A stretch of DNA of 64,000 nt from an uncultured Gemmatimonadales bacterium (lineage in GTDB: Bacteria > Gemmatimonadota > Gemmatimonadetes > Gemmatimonadales > Gemmatimonadaceae). The notes below the pieces were generated by a model, which was given only the letters and a program-made list of their open reading frames with translations, did not search any database and was not told where the DNA came from. Position 1 is the first letter of the stretch; every line of letters begins with the position of its first letter. This document shows, piece after piece, positions 10,483-19,718 of the stretch. Made by a program: the position numbers and the translations under genes. The stretch covers positions 416,001-480,000 of the forward strand of contig CAWBZV010000003.1 in NCBI GenBank assembly GCA_963793305.1, written 5' to 3'.

Positions 10483-10665
10483 ATGCCCACGAATCATGCG
10501 CACGACCCGAAGAAACCTCGTCCCTCGGCGCCGCGACCCGCGCAGCCCGACGAGGAGCCCAAAGTGATCACCCGTGGGCGGGTGTCACACGTGGAGCACG
10601 AGCTCGATCAGCCGGAGCCGATGCCAGTCCGCAAATCGGGCGAACGCGACAAAATCTCTCGGTAG
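10483..10665 (+). CDS. small hypothetical protein
   Basis: 60-aa ORF with a GAGAGGG RBS-like site; no recognisable motif. Confidence 0.35.
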   Translation: MPTNHAHDPKKPRPSAPRPAQPDEEPKVITRGRVSHVEHELDQPEPMPVRKSGERDKISR

Positions 10666-11135
10666 ACCGCGGACTGACCGAAGCTCTCCTCGACTTCGAT
10701 CTCGATTGACGCGAGCCGGTCGGCGCTCGCCCCCAGCTCGACCTTCAGCCGACCGGCGAGATACTGCGCCAGCATCTCCGCGGTAGTGTTGGGAATGGGG
10801 AGGAGCACACAATCCTCTCGCGGGAAGACGTAGCGCGGTCGGTCCTGGTACGCGACCGTTATCGACTCTGCCTGCTCCCCGATCCGGAGTTTTGGATTTT
10901 CCAGCGGGAGGAGCACCCGGTGGTCGATCTCATCGCACAGGCGCTTCATCACGCGCTTGAGGTCGACGAAGTTGAAGACGTACCAGCTTTCCGGATCGAG
11001 CGTGCCTTCGAGCGCCACGCTCACGCGATAGTTGTGGCCGTGGAGTGATTCGCAGCGGTGGCCGGCGAAGGTGATAAAATGCGCGGCGGCGAAGACCAAA
11101 TAGTCTTTGGTGACCTGTACTCGGAACGTTGTCAT
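10608..11135 (-). CDS. 6-pyruvoyl-tetrahydropterin synthase/QueD family protein
   Basis: FAAAHF, CESLHGHNY, NTTAE, VEES motifs. Confidence 0.88.
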   Translation of the reverse strand: MTTFRVQVTKDYLVFAAAHFITFAGHRCESLHGHNYRVSVALEGTLDPESWYVFNFVDLKRVMKRLCDEIDHRVLLPLENPKLRIGEQAESITVAYQDRPRYVFPREDCVLLPIPNTTAEMLAQYLAGRLKVELGASADRLASIEIEVEESFGQSAVYREILSRSPDLRTGIGSG

Positions 11136-12163
11136 CGTGAGTCCCAGGCGCCGGTGAGCAGCGCCACGTAAAGGGCCGCAGCCGTGAGGTCCGCGGTCGT
11201 ACCCGGGTTCAGGCCAGCTGACCGTAGCTCTTCGTCGAAATACGCTCGGCCCTCCGGGCCAGTGCGCAAAGCGTCCTTCGCGCCGCGGCTGACCTCGGCG
11301 GCGACATCCGGGCCGAATTTGCGACGAATATGAGTATCCGGGATTGCGGCGAGGAGTGCCAGGAAGGTTCTGACCGTCGCCTCTGCCCAGCCCAGTGACC
11401 TCGCCTCGATCAGCGCCGGAAGGCCCAAGTCGAACGTGATGCGAAAGTCAGTCGCATATTCGGCCGCGATCGAATCCCGCGCGGCCGCTATCCGCATGGC
11501 CTCCGTGAGCGCGACACCAGGCTCGCCGGCAACGTCCTGCTCGGCCGCCGTGCCCAGACCACCGGGTCGCGCCAATCGGATCGCGGCATATACCTCGCGA
11601 GCATCTTGCACGGTCGTGCTCGCCAGGACGTTGCGCACGGCGTCTCTCAGTGCCACCGAGGACGGGCCTGAGGGCTGGGCCGACGACTGGGCCGACGACT
11701 GGGCCGACGACTGGCCCGACGACTGGCCCGACGACTGGCCCGACGACTGGGCCGACAACTGGGCCGAGGACTGAGCCGAGGACTGAGCCGAGGGCTGGGC
11801 CGACGACTGGCCCGACGACTGGGCCGACGACTGGCCCGACGACTGGTCCGACGACTGGGCCGACTGGGCCGAGGGCTGGGCCGAGGACCGTGCAGCGCGA
11901 GCCAATGGGGCGAGCAAGAGAACCATACCGAGATTCGTATTCGACCGCGTCCACTGGCCTGTCGCGCGAATCGCCGCATTGATCGTGGCGCCGAGCGGCA
12001 AATCCGAGGCGAGCGCAGGCCCGATGGCGGCAGCGCTCGCCAGGAAATCCTCATAACTCGCGTCGGAAAAATTCCGGCCGGGCGAAACATTACCAGGCTT
12101 CGGCGCGCTCGCTTCGAGCAAGCAGGCGAGCTGGGCGGCGCTAGCGATAAAATCGTTCGTCAC
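11132..12163 (-). CDS. triphosphoribosyl-dephospho-CoA synthase family (CitG-like Orf7) with internal tetrapeptide repeat
   Basis: [34 protein letters not shown] motifs. Confidence 0.88.
   Translation of the reverse strand: MTNDFIASAAQLACLLEASAPKPGNVSPGRNFSDASYEDFLASAAAIGPALASDLPLGATINAAIRATGQWTRSNTNLGMVLLLAPLARAARSSAQPSAQSAQSSDQSSGQSSAQSSGQSSAQPSAQSSAQSSAQLSAQSSGQSSGQSSGQSSAQSSAQSSAQPSGPSSVALRDAVRNVLASTTVQDAREVYAAIRLARPGGLGTAAEQDVAGEPGVALTEAMRIAAARDSIAAEYATDFRITFDLGLPALIEARSLGWAEATVRTFLALLAAIPDTHIRRKFGPDVAAEVSRGAKDALRTGPEGRAYFDEELRSAGLNPGTTADLTAAALYVALLTGAWDSR
11670..11888. repeat. 12-bp tandem repeat (~18 units) encoding (S/P/L)S(A/G/D)Q
   Basis: ctgggccgacga/ctggcccgacga units read directly. 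Confidence 0.95.
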
Positions 12164-13014
12164 ACGCCAAGCGCATGGTCGACGATGCCTTGGGCGACGT
12201 TGAGACCGGTGGCATCGTGCAGCCCGCGCCACCCGGGAATCCCGTTGACCTCGAGCGCGTAGGTCTTTCCATCGTTCCCGGGCAGCAGGTCCACCCCGGC
12301 GTACTCGGCGCCCACCGCGCGCGCGGCTGTCAGCGCCATGTCGGTCTGCGCTGTCGTCAGGGTCAATGCCCGCGCCGCCCCACCGCGCGACACGTTCGTT
12401 CGCCACGTGGGAGACGAGCGCTCGATGGCCCCGAACACGCGATCGCCGATGACGAACGCGCGGATGTCCCGCCCGTCATGGTCGATGTAGCGCTGCAAAT
12501 AAAAAATACCGCGGATCTGCTCGATCGCCCGCAACACGCGCCAGGCCGTGTCTTCGTCGGTGACGCGGACGAGGCCCAGTCCCATCGAACCGAACAGTGG
12601 CTTGACGATGCAATCGCGCAGATGGCGAAATGCCGCCATCGCGTCGTCGATCCGCTCGCAGACGATCGTCTCGGGCGTGGTCAGTCCGGCCTGTTGCAGC
12701 AGAGCCGACGTATAGAACTTGTCAACGGTCCGCTCGATCGCGCGGGGCGAGTTGATGACACGCGCGCCGATGTCCTCCAGCCAATGCAAGGCGTCGACTC
12801 GATAGATGATCTGCTCCAACGAGCCATTGGGGATGATCCGCGCGAGGACGATGTCGCCGCGATGCACGGATGGCGAGACAGCGCTGGGCCCGAGGCGGCT
12901 GACGATGCCTTCCCATGGCGCGATGCGCGGAGCAGCGCCCCGGGCACGAATGGCGTGGCAGAGCTGGTCGGTGTGCCAGCCCTGCCGCGAGGCGAGAATG
13001 GTGACCGTGGTAAC
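12160..13014 (-). CDS. RimK-family ATP-grasp glutamate ligase (Orf5/MyfA-like)
   Basis: In-frame ILASRQGWHTDQL upstream of the called ORF; GSLEQIIYR, KPLFGSMG, WRTNVSRG, EVNGIPGW; no canonical start (GTT at 13014). Confidence 0.85.
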   Translation of the reverse strand, partial: VTTVTILASRQGWHTDQLCHAIRARGAAPRIAPWEGIVSRLGPSAVSPSVHRGDIVLARIIPNGSLEQIIYRVDALHWLEDIGARVINSPRAIERTVDKFYTSALLQQAGLTTPETIVCERIDDAMAAFRHLRDCIVKPLFGSMGLGLVRVTDEDTAWRVLRAIEQIRGIFYLQRYIDHDGRDIRAFVIGDRVFGAIERSSPTWRTNVSRGGAARALTLTTAQTDMALTAARAVGAEYAGVDLLPGNDGKTYALEVNGIPGWRGLHDATGLNVAQGIVDHALGV

Positions 13015-13319
13015 TAGGGAGTCTCCTCGCCCGTCAGCGCCTGGAATCCCCCGCTCGCGAATATCGGGATGTCATCGGCGACCGCCTTGAACCCAGGTGT
13101 CGACATCCCTTTCTTGAGCGCGTCCGTCGACGCGAACGTCAGCTCGGCCTTGCGATAAAAGGCGCTGTTCGGCGCGAACTTGACGAGCACGCCATTGGTA
13201 AACCCGATCTCTTTGGCATGCTTGGCGAGCAATGGCAGGTGCGTTGCCGCGTAGTACTTCTCGAACGCCGCGGGATCCTTGGGCGCATTGTATAGCACAA
13301 CGAGATGGGCCGCACTCAT
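13014..13319 (-). CDS. EthD family protein
   Basis: VVLYNAPKDPAAFEKYYAATHLPL...AELTF motif. Confidence 0.8.
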   Translation of the reverse strand: MSAAHLVVLYNAPKDPAAFEKYYAATHLPLLAKHAKEIGFTNGVLVKFAPNSAFYRKAELTFASTDALKKGMSTPGFKAVADDIPIFASGGFQALTGEETP

Positions 13320-14284
13320 AGCGATGTGATCTCCAGGAGAGAAGTACGCAGAACGTCGGGATTGAGCAGCCCGCCGTGGAAAGTCCGCCCCGTCTTCGCG
13401 CTCGTCAACCAGACCTCGGCGGGACTGAACAAGAGTGGATCGATCTTGTAGAAATCGCCCTTATAGGCGTTGAACGTGTCGACGAATGGCTTGCCATAGT
13501 CGGGCGACGCCGAGGCCGGCAGCTTCGCGGCCAACGGCTCCAGCTCTGCGTCAGTCGCGTCGATCAGGAATCGCGCCTGGCCGCCATACAAAATGCAGTC
13601 GTTGGTGCGCCCGATCGCTTTGATATCCGACGTTGCCAGCGGTGGAACGGGGGCGGAGCCCGACGCCGAGATCACGCGCGTGACGTTGAAGCCGAGCGCG
13701 TCGAGCTTGTGGAGGCCGGTCTCCATGACGCGAGCGACGACCTGCACGGCGCCCGCGATGCTCGCCGTCGGCGCGACTACGAACGTCAGCTGTGCCGGCT
13801 TGACATGTGCGCGCTCGGCGACCCACGCGGCGACTGCGTCGGTCGGGTGTGCTCTCGTCTCGAGAACGAGCACGCCGTCGGACGCCGTCTCTTCGTACTT
13901 CAACTTGGCGAACAAGTCCTTTTCGACCCGGGCATGAGCGCGAAGCGGGCCCGATCCCATCGCGAAGAACTTGTCGACCTGAATCGCCCAGCCGGCGTAC
14001 TGCGATGCCATGCACGCTATCGCGGGATGGTCGGTCCAGACCTCGACGCCCATGTAGTCGTCGGGTCCCACCCGGACGGTCTCATAACTGATATGCCCCA
14101 GCCCACCCATGCAGATCTCGGCCATCGCGAGACCGGCGGCGAGCCCGCCGCGTACGTCGATGCCGAGGTCGATGATGCGCGCTCCACCGGGGAGCGTGGT
14201 CGACGCGATCCGCAACTCGTCGGACCGCGTCTCGACGTTATCGGCGATCGCCAATGCGTTGGCGTTCAGTCTCAGGTCGTCCAC
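13316..14284 (-). CDS. mch: methenyltetrahydromethanopterin cyclohydrolase
   Basis: CMGGLG, ACMASQYAGW, MGSGPLRA, GRTNDCILYGG, DFYKIDPLLFSPA. Confidence 0.95.
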   Translation of the reverse strand: MDDLRLNANALAIADNVETRSDELRIASTTLPGGARIIDLGIDVRGGLAAGLAMAEICMGGLGHISYETVRVGPDDYMGVEVWTDHPAIACMASQYAGWAIQVDKFFAMGSGPLRAHARVEKDLFAKLKYEETASDGVLVLETRAHPTDAVAAWVAERAHVKPAQLTFVVAPTASIAGAVQVVARVMETGLHKLDALGFNVTRVISASGSAPVPPLATSDIKAIGRTNDCILYGGQARFLIDATDAELEPLAAKLPASASPDYGKPFVDTFNAYKGDFYKIDPLLFSPAEVWLTSAKTGRTFHGGLLNPDVLRTSLLEITSL

Positions 14285-15049
14285 TCGAGAATCTCTCCTT
14301 TGCCAACGTCGGCTACATTGCCCGTCCAGCGCTTGTAGCGCCCGGTGGCGAACCGGCCGTCGATCGTGAATCCGCGCATGCGTTGGAGATAGCGCAGGAG
14401 TACCGGCACGTATGGCGGGCGGTAGGTGCACGCGTACCGATACGTCGCCGGGACCTCCAGGCCGCCGAGCGCGATCACGGACCCGCGCTTGGACCAGAGG
14501 CCGGCGCCGGTGCCGAGTCGGCCCGCGACCAGCATCGTCCCGGCGATCATCGCATGCGCGGCGTTCGCACCGGCATTTCCGCCGACGATCACGAGTCCCC
14601 GACGCACTCGCGTCGCGGCCCCGCTCCCGACGTTGCCGCGCACGATGATCTCCCCACCAGTCATCCCACGCGAGGCGCCGGGCAACGGCGCGCCGAGCCG
14701 ATCGCCCGCCGATCCACGGATCCGCAACAAACCCCCGGACATGGCCACGCCGGCGCCATCGCCGACGCTGCCGGTCACGTCGATCGTGCCGCCGCTCATC
14801 GCATGCCCGACACCTCGACCTGCCTCGCCTTCGATCGTCAGGGTGCCGGCACTCATGCCGGTCCCGAGTCCATCGACCCGCCGCAAATCCCCACCGACCC
14901 TGACGTTCCGGGCTCGGCTCGCCTTTGACATCGAATAGCTCGGCGAGCGGCACGCGGCGGCGACCAACCCAACACGTCCGGTCCGTGGCGATCGACGAGG
15001 CATCAATGCGCTCGGTGATCCCGGGGCGAAGCGTCAGCACGAGTGTCAT
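14272..15049 (-). CDS. fhcC: formyltransferase/hydrolase complex subunit C (frameshift ~14910)
   Basis: GXGXG beta-helix repeats; N-terminus MTLVLTLR...LAELFDV lies in an adjacent frame. Confidence 0.88.
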
Positions 15050-15951
15050 GCGACGATCTTCCGCAGGTAGAAATGATGGGGCCCGAGCTTCCCGCCATAA
15101 TTCCCGGCGGTGATTTTCTTGACGCCGGGGATGCACGCCGCCGGAATCCCCGCGCGCATCGCGCGGCTGATGCTGTCGAAGTCCAGTCCGTCGAGGACGA
15201 TCTCCATGACGCCGTTCACTCCTTCGGGCAGATCGGTCGTGGTGATCTCCCGCAGGGTCGGCGCGAACGCATCGTTCGTCGACGCGAGCAAGCTCTTGTA
15301 GCGCCTCGACCCGACTTTGCTGCCGCTGCGTACGATGCCGCCCGGGAACGGCAGGATGACGCCCGGCAGTCCCGTCATCGCGGCCACCGCTGCCTCAGCC
15401 GCCTGCAGCGCCTTCTCGGCCGTCTCGGCCAGCATGAGAAAATTGCCGCCGCCGACCGCGGAGACCTTGCCGAACGTCTCTTGTATCAGCGCTTCGCCTT
15501 CCATGACTGGCACGCGCCAGTAGCGGATCCCTCCGATCCGCTTGCTCGCTTGGAATCCGTCGCCGAAGATGCGGAGCGCCTTACCAACGGGCATCCGATC
15601 AGTTGAGCTCGGGATCCCATCGAAGACCGCCGTCGTCGGGCACGTGAGCACGGTCTGGCCCAGGCGTTCGATCAGCCGTTGCTGGAGGCCCGCCGAGTCG
15701 GGCGTGAACACCAGAACGCTGATGCCGGATCGGCCATCCGGTGTGTCGTCCGGCGACACCTCGTGTTCGATGCCCGCTTCGACCTTGCACCCGATGACCG
15801 ACGTCGCGAAGCCCGTCATCACGGTCGCCGCCACGCGCGCCCATCGCGGCGTCGCGGCCGTGATGATCACGCGCGCGCCGCGCATCGTGAACGCCTCGGC
15901 GAACGTGTCCTCGATCTCGACGCCGTTGATCGTGAGCGTGTCCGCGGTCAT
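15046..15951 (-). CDS. fhcD: formylmethanofuran-H4MPT formyltransferase
   Basis: IEDTFAEAF, ATSVIGC, LTCPTTA, PFPGGIVRSGSK, AGNYGGKLG. Confidence 0.95.
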   Translation of the reverse strand: MTADTLTINGVEIEDTFAEAFTMRGARVIITAATPRWARVAATVMTGFATSVIGCKVEAGIEHEVSPDDTPDGRSGISVLVFTPDSAGLQQRLIERLGQTVLTCPTTAVFDGIPSSTDRMPVGKALRIFGDGFQASKRIGGIRYWRVPVMEGEALIQETFGKVSAVGGGNFLMLAETAEKALQAAEAAVAAMTGLPGVILPFPGGIVRSGSKVGSRRYKSLLASTNDAFAPTLREITTTDLPEGVNGVMEIVLDGLDFDSISRAMRAGIPAACIPGVKKITAGNYGGKLGPHHFYLRKIVA

Positions 15952-17552
15952 AGCTGCACCGCGTAGTTCTCGAAGGCGATGGTCACGTTCTCCTGGAAGT
16001 ACTTCTTGATATCGCTCTCAACCGCGCGATCATATCCAGGGGTCTGAAGCAATCTTCGCCCGGCAGGAGCGCGACGTAGTTGGCCTTCCTCGACGACCAG
16101 AATACCGGCCTTCACGACGTATCGTGGTGTCGCAAACATCTCGGCCGCGTTGGCCGACCGGGCATACACCGTGATGTCGGCATCAGCGCCCGGGCCGAGG
16201 TGCCCCTTGTTGCGCAATCCGAGCAATCGCGCCGGCCCTGCCCGCGTGATAATCGCGATTTCGCTCAGCGTATACTCGCGCGCGAGGCCATCGGCGAGCG
16301 CGCTGCCTGCGAGATGCTTCTGGTTGATGCGCTTGAGCCGATCATCGCGATACGTCCGATCCATGAGCAACCGGATGAGCTCCGGATAGCTCATGAACGA
16401 CCCGCCGTTGGGATGGTCGGTAGAAAGAACCAAGCGCCACGGATCGGGCGACAACAGAAAGAGCTCTAGACCGACGACCCATTGCAGCGCGGCCACGGCT
16501 GCGGTGTCCCGGTATGTATAGGGGACGATCCCGCAGCCCGTCTCGAGCTCGATGTCGACATTCATCCACTTCCGCCCCGTCGACATATGCAGCAGGTACT
16601 CGACCGCGCCGTCCGCGGTCAGTGTGCACGCGGGTCCGAACATGACCTGCCCGACGTCCCCACTGACCTCGGGATGCGCCGCGAAGTACTCGGCGATCCG
16701 CTTCGCCGCCGACGCCCAGGGTTTCGCATAGCTCTGAAACTGCAGATGCGTGAAATGCGCCCGCCGGCCGCCAACGGCTCGCATGCTCTCGAGCGTGATC
16801 TCGACGTTGCCGGGCAACCCGAGATTGTTGCAGTGAATGTGCACGGGGTGCGGAAGCCCGAGCGCGTTCCCGGCGTCGGTCAACGTCTCCAGGATGGCGC
16901 GGGGAGTCACGTTCGCCGCGCCGACGGGGTCGTCGAGCGACTTGACCTCGCGCACATTTCGCTTCCACAACTCGACGCCGCCGGGATTGACGATCTTGAT
17001 CGAATACGCCTTCGTCGCGCCGAGGAGCCAGCCGACATAGTCACGCGCCCGGTCGCGTTCGCCCGCGGCAATCTGGCGCAGCAGGTATTCGTCGTTGCCG
17101 AGCAACGCGAAGAATCCGCCGTCGACGATCGGCGTGTCGTCGAACTGCGCATGCGTCGACCGGGCGGAGATCGGCGCGACCGCGGCGTCGAACACGGTGG
17201 TGTAACCGAGTCCCGCGTAGCGATATCCTGTGGTGAACGTGCTCGGCACGGTGCCGCCGGAGCCCGAGCGCGGAATGATGTCACCGCGCTCCAACGCTGG
17301 CGCTGATACGGGATCGGCCGCGTGCTCCTCGGGCAGCAGCATGCGCGCGAGGTTGACGCTCGCCGCCGCGACGTGCGCGTGGATGTCGATGCCACCGGGC
17401 ATGACCACCATGCTGCGTGCGTCGATCTTTGGCGCATCCGCGGGCACATCCGCCACGATCTGTCCGTCGCGCACGCAGATATCGCGCACGTCGCCGTCGA
17501 CGCCGTTCGCGGGGTCGTAGACGGTGCCCCCGGCGATCCGCAGGCTCGTCAC
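15948..17552 (-). CDS. fhcA: formyltransferase/hydrolase complex subunit A
   Basis: GGIDIHAH, KIVNPGG, HIHCNNLG, STDHPNGG, ITRAGPA. Confidence 0.95.
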   Translation of the reverse strand: MTSLRIAGGTVYDPANGVDGDVRDICVRDGQIVADVPADAPKIDARSMVVMPGGIDIHAHVAAASVNLARMLLPEEHAADPVSAPALERGDIIPRSGSGGTVPSTFTTGYRYAGLGYTTVFDAAVAPISARSTHAQFDDTPIVDGGFFALLGNDEYLLRQIAAGERDRARDYVGWLLGATKAYSIKIVNPGGVELWKRNVREVKSLDDPVGAANVTPRAILETLTDAGNALGLPHPVHIHCNNLGLPGNVEITLESMRAVGGRRAHFTHLQFQSYAKPWASAAKRIAEYFAAHPEVSGDVGQVMFGPACTLTADGAVEYLLHMSTGRKWMNVDIELETGCGIVPYTYRDTAAVAALQWVVGLELFLLSPDPWRLVLSTDHPNGGSFMSYPELIRLLMDRTYRDDRLKRINQKHLAGSALADGLAREYTLSEIAIITRAGPARLLGLRNKGHLGPGADADITVYARSANAAEMFATPRYVVKAGILVVEEGQLRRAPAGRRLLQTPGYDRAVESDIKKYFQENVTIAFENYAVQL

Positions 17553-18622
17553 GGTTGCCTCACCAGCGCGGTCAACTCACGCACCGTGGCCGCCGTTTCG
17601 GGAACCACGCCGACCAGCGCTGGTCGCAATGGCAGCGGGATCTCATCGGCGCGCAGCGCCGTGCCGCCGTCATGGATGCCCGCGATACCAGTATCGATGG
17701 TGACCGCCGCGGCGAGGAGATTCTCACTTGCGCGGGGGCCAACAATGACAGTCGGTATGTTGGTGAGTCGTAGCGACGGGGGCACACTGGCACTGGATCC
17801 CACGATCAGCGCCGCGTCGAACTCAGGAGGGTCATAGGGGCAGTAGCGCGGCGCCCCCCTCGCGAAATCGATTGCCTTGGGATACCCGGTTTGCCACGTG
17901 AGCACCGAGTCGGCGCCCACGCGATTGCCGCCGCCGCGCAGGATCATTAACGCCGCGCGCGTCGGCCCATTGAGCGCTTCGGTCAGCGCCAGCAGTGGCT
18001 CGATGTACTCAGGCCGTTGCTCGCCATCGACGACGATGGCCACGTACTTCCCCTTGACCAGCCGCTCGGCCAGCGGGGTCATACCGTGCCCGAGAATCGC
18101 GGCCCGTGTCAGTGTGGCGGCCTCGACGCTCAAGTCGACGGAGATGAACTGCACGCCCGCGCGATCGGGGAGATAGCGCGAGCGCAATCGCGGGTACGCA
18201 TGATCGGGATCGATGCCCCAGAACACGACGATGTCGGCCCGGTACCGGAGCTCGCCGAATGTCGCGCTGCAACGGCCGCGCTCCTGGATGGCGAGGATGA
18301 GCTCTCGTGGCGTCACGGTATCCAGCATTGCGCCGAGTACGTCGGCTAGCGCGCATGCCTCGCGCTGCGCGGAGGTCGAGAGCTCGGCCGCCAGGTACAC
18401 CAGCGGTCGCTTGGCCGTCGTCAGCACTCGCGCCGCCTCGGCCAGCGCGGTGGGGACGGTGACTCCGGCATCGCCGACGCGCGCCAGCGTCGGCACCGTG
18501 CCATCGCCGAACCAGCGAATGCCGAGGTCACAGGCGTTCACGGCCTCGAAGATGCGGCCGTCGCGGACCGTGACGGCGATGTCATCGCAGGCCAACCCGC
18601 AGCCGAGGCACGTGGTCGTCAC
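17549..18622 (-). CDS. fhcB: formyltransferase/hydrolase complex subunit B
   Basis: CLGCGLACDD, RADIVVFWG, WQTGYP, GTALRADEIPL. Confidence 0.88.
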   Translation of the reverse strand: MTTTCLGCGLACDDIAVTVRDGRIFEAVNACDLGIRWFGDGTVPTLARVGDAGVTVPTALAEAARVLTTAKRPLVYLAAELSTSAQREACALADVLGAMLDTVTPRELILAIQERGRCSATFGELRYRADIVVFWGIDPDHAYPRLRSRYLPDRAGVQFISVDLSVEAATLTRAAILGHGMTPLAERLVKGKYVAIVVDGEQRPEYIEPLLALTEALNGPTRAALMILRGGGNRVGADSVLTWQTGYPKAIDFARGAPRYCPYDPPEFDAALIVGSSASVPPSLRLTNIPTVIVGPRASENLLAAAVTIDTGIAGIHDGGTALRADEIPLPLRPALVGVVPETAATVRELTALVRQP

Positions 18623-19641
18623 GCGGCCCGCACCCTGAGCGCAGCCTCGCACGCAGTCACGGTTCTCGCCTCGGCGAACACCGTGCAGATCGGGCGGCCG
18701 GCCGCTATACGCGATCCGGGCATTGGGATATCGCGCACCGAGCTGTCCGCGAGCCACGACGTTGTGTCACCGACGACCGTATCATTGCGCGCATACACGA
18801 TCGCTTTGCCGACCGTGGTCCGTCGCGGTTCCGGCGCGAAGCTCGGCAGCTTTCCGGCGCACGCCTCGGCGTGCACGCGCGCGATCGAAATTCCGTACAA
18901 TCGCTCGGCCAGCTCCATCGCCGCGGTGAAGCGCGGGTTGACCTCGATCGGGACCGGCCGGCCGCGGCTCAGCACGAAATCGACACCGTTGACGCCGACG
19001 AGTCCGAACTCGCGCGTGACCGTCTCGGCGATCGTGACAGCCTCGTCGATCGGCGGCACGAGGATATTGCCGACGTACCGGAAATCGCTTGCGACGAGTT
19101 GGCGCGTGAATGCCAGCGGGCACACGGAGCGTCCATCGGCCGCAAAGACTATGGACCCCGGTACGCCCGGCACTCGCTCCTGCAGCACGCTGGTCCGAGG
19201 GATGCGCATTCCCCGTCGCCATTCCGTGATGGCATGACCTCCGCCGGATCGGCGAGGCTTCATCAACCAACGCCCGCTGCTTGGCGCCGATGCACGCACC
19301 GCCGGTGCAGTTGATAGCGCGCGCGCGAGCACGAACGGATTGCGCACGCGCTCCACCACCTCTGGCGAATTGCCCCAGAGTGTGCGCCCCTGGGCCAACT
19401 CGGCGATGGCCCCGGGGTGATTCTCGAAGTTCGACGTATATGCGCACGCAGCCGCGGGGATACCGCGAGCGCGCAGCGCCGCGGCTTCGGCCGAATACGG
19501 CCCGCTGAGCGCATTAAAAGCCGAGACGGCGCGAAGGTCGAGGTCCCCGAATGCGTCGATGGCGGCAACGGAGAACCCGGCCGCCCTCGCAGACTCGGCG
19601 AATGCGCGCACGCTGACACCGGCAAGAAGAAGCGTCGTCAT
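18619..19641 (-). CDS. ATP-grasp protein (OrfY/MyfB-like)
   Basis: SVRAFAESARAAG, IDAFGDLD, KPRRSGGG, EVNPR. Confidence 0.8.
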   Translation of the reverse strand: MTTLLLAGVSVRAFAESARAAGFSVAAIDAFGDLDLRAVSAFNALSGPYSAEAAALRARGIPAAACAYTSNFENHPGAIAELAQGRTLWGNSPEVVERVRNPFVLARALSTAPAVRASAPSSGRWLMKPRRSGGGHAITEWRRGMRIPRTSVLQERVPGVPGSIVFAADGRSVCPLAFTRQLVASDFRYVGNILVPPIDEAVTIAETVTREFGLVGVNGVDFVLSRGRPVPIEVNPRFTAAMELAERLYGISIARVHAEACAGKLPSFAPEPRRTTVGKAIVYARNDTVVGDTTSWLADSSVRDIPMPGSRIAAGRPICTVFAEARTVTACEAALRVRAA

Positions 19642-19718
19642 GCGACGAGCGCCGCTCCGCGGCGCGTCGATGCGGCAAAAAACGCCGCTCGACTGGTCGG
19701 TTGGAATGGGCTCGTCAT
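19638..19718 (-). repeat. MIRU-like 77-bp insert carrying a 26-aa mini-ORF coupled to both neighbours
   Basis: [30 protein letters not shown] overlaps at both ends; 16-bp direct repeat at 19635-19650 and 19712-19727. Confidence 0.8.

Noticed and set aside
11670..11888. CRISPR array
   Set aside because: Contiguous 12-bp units with no spacers, inside a gene.
13316..15136. Apparent FhcC-Mch fusion (606 aa)
   Set aside because: Artefact of the fhcC frameshift near 14910.
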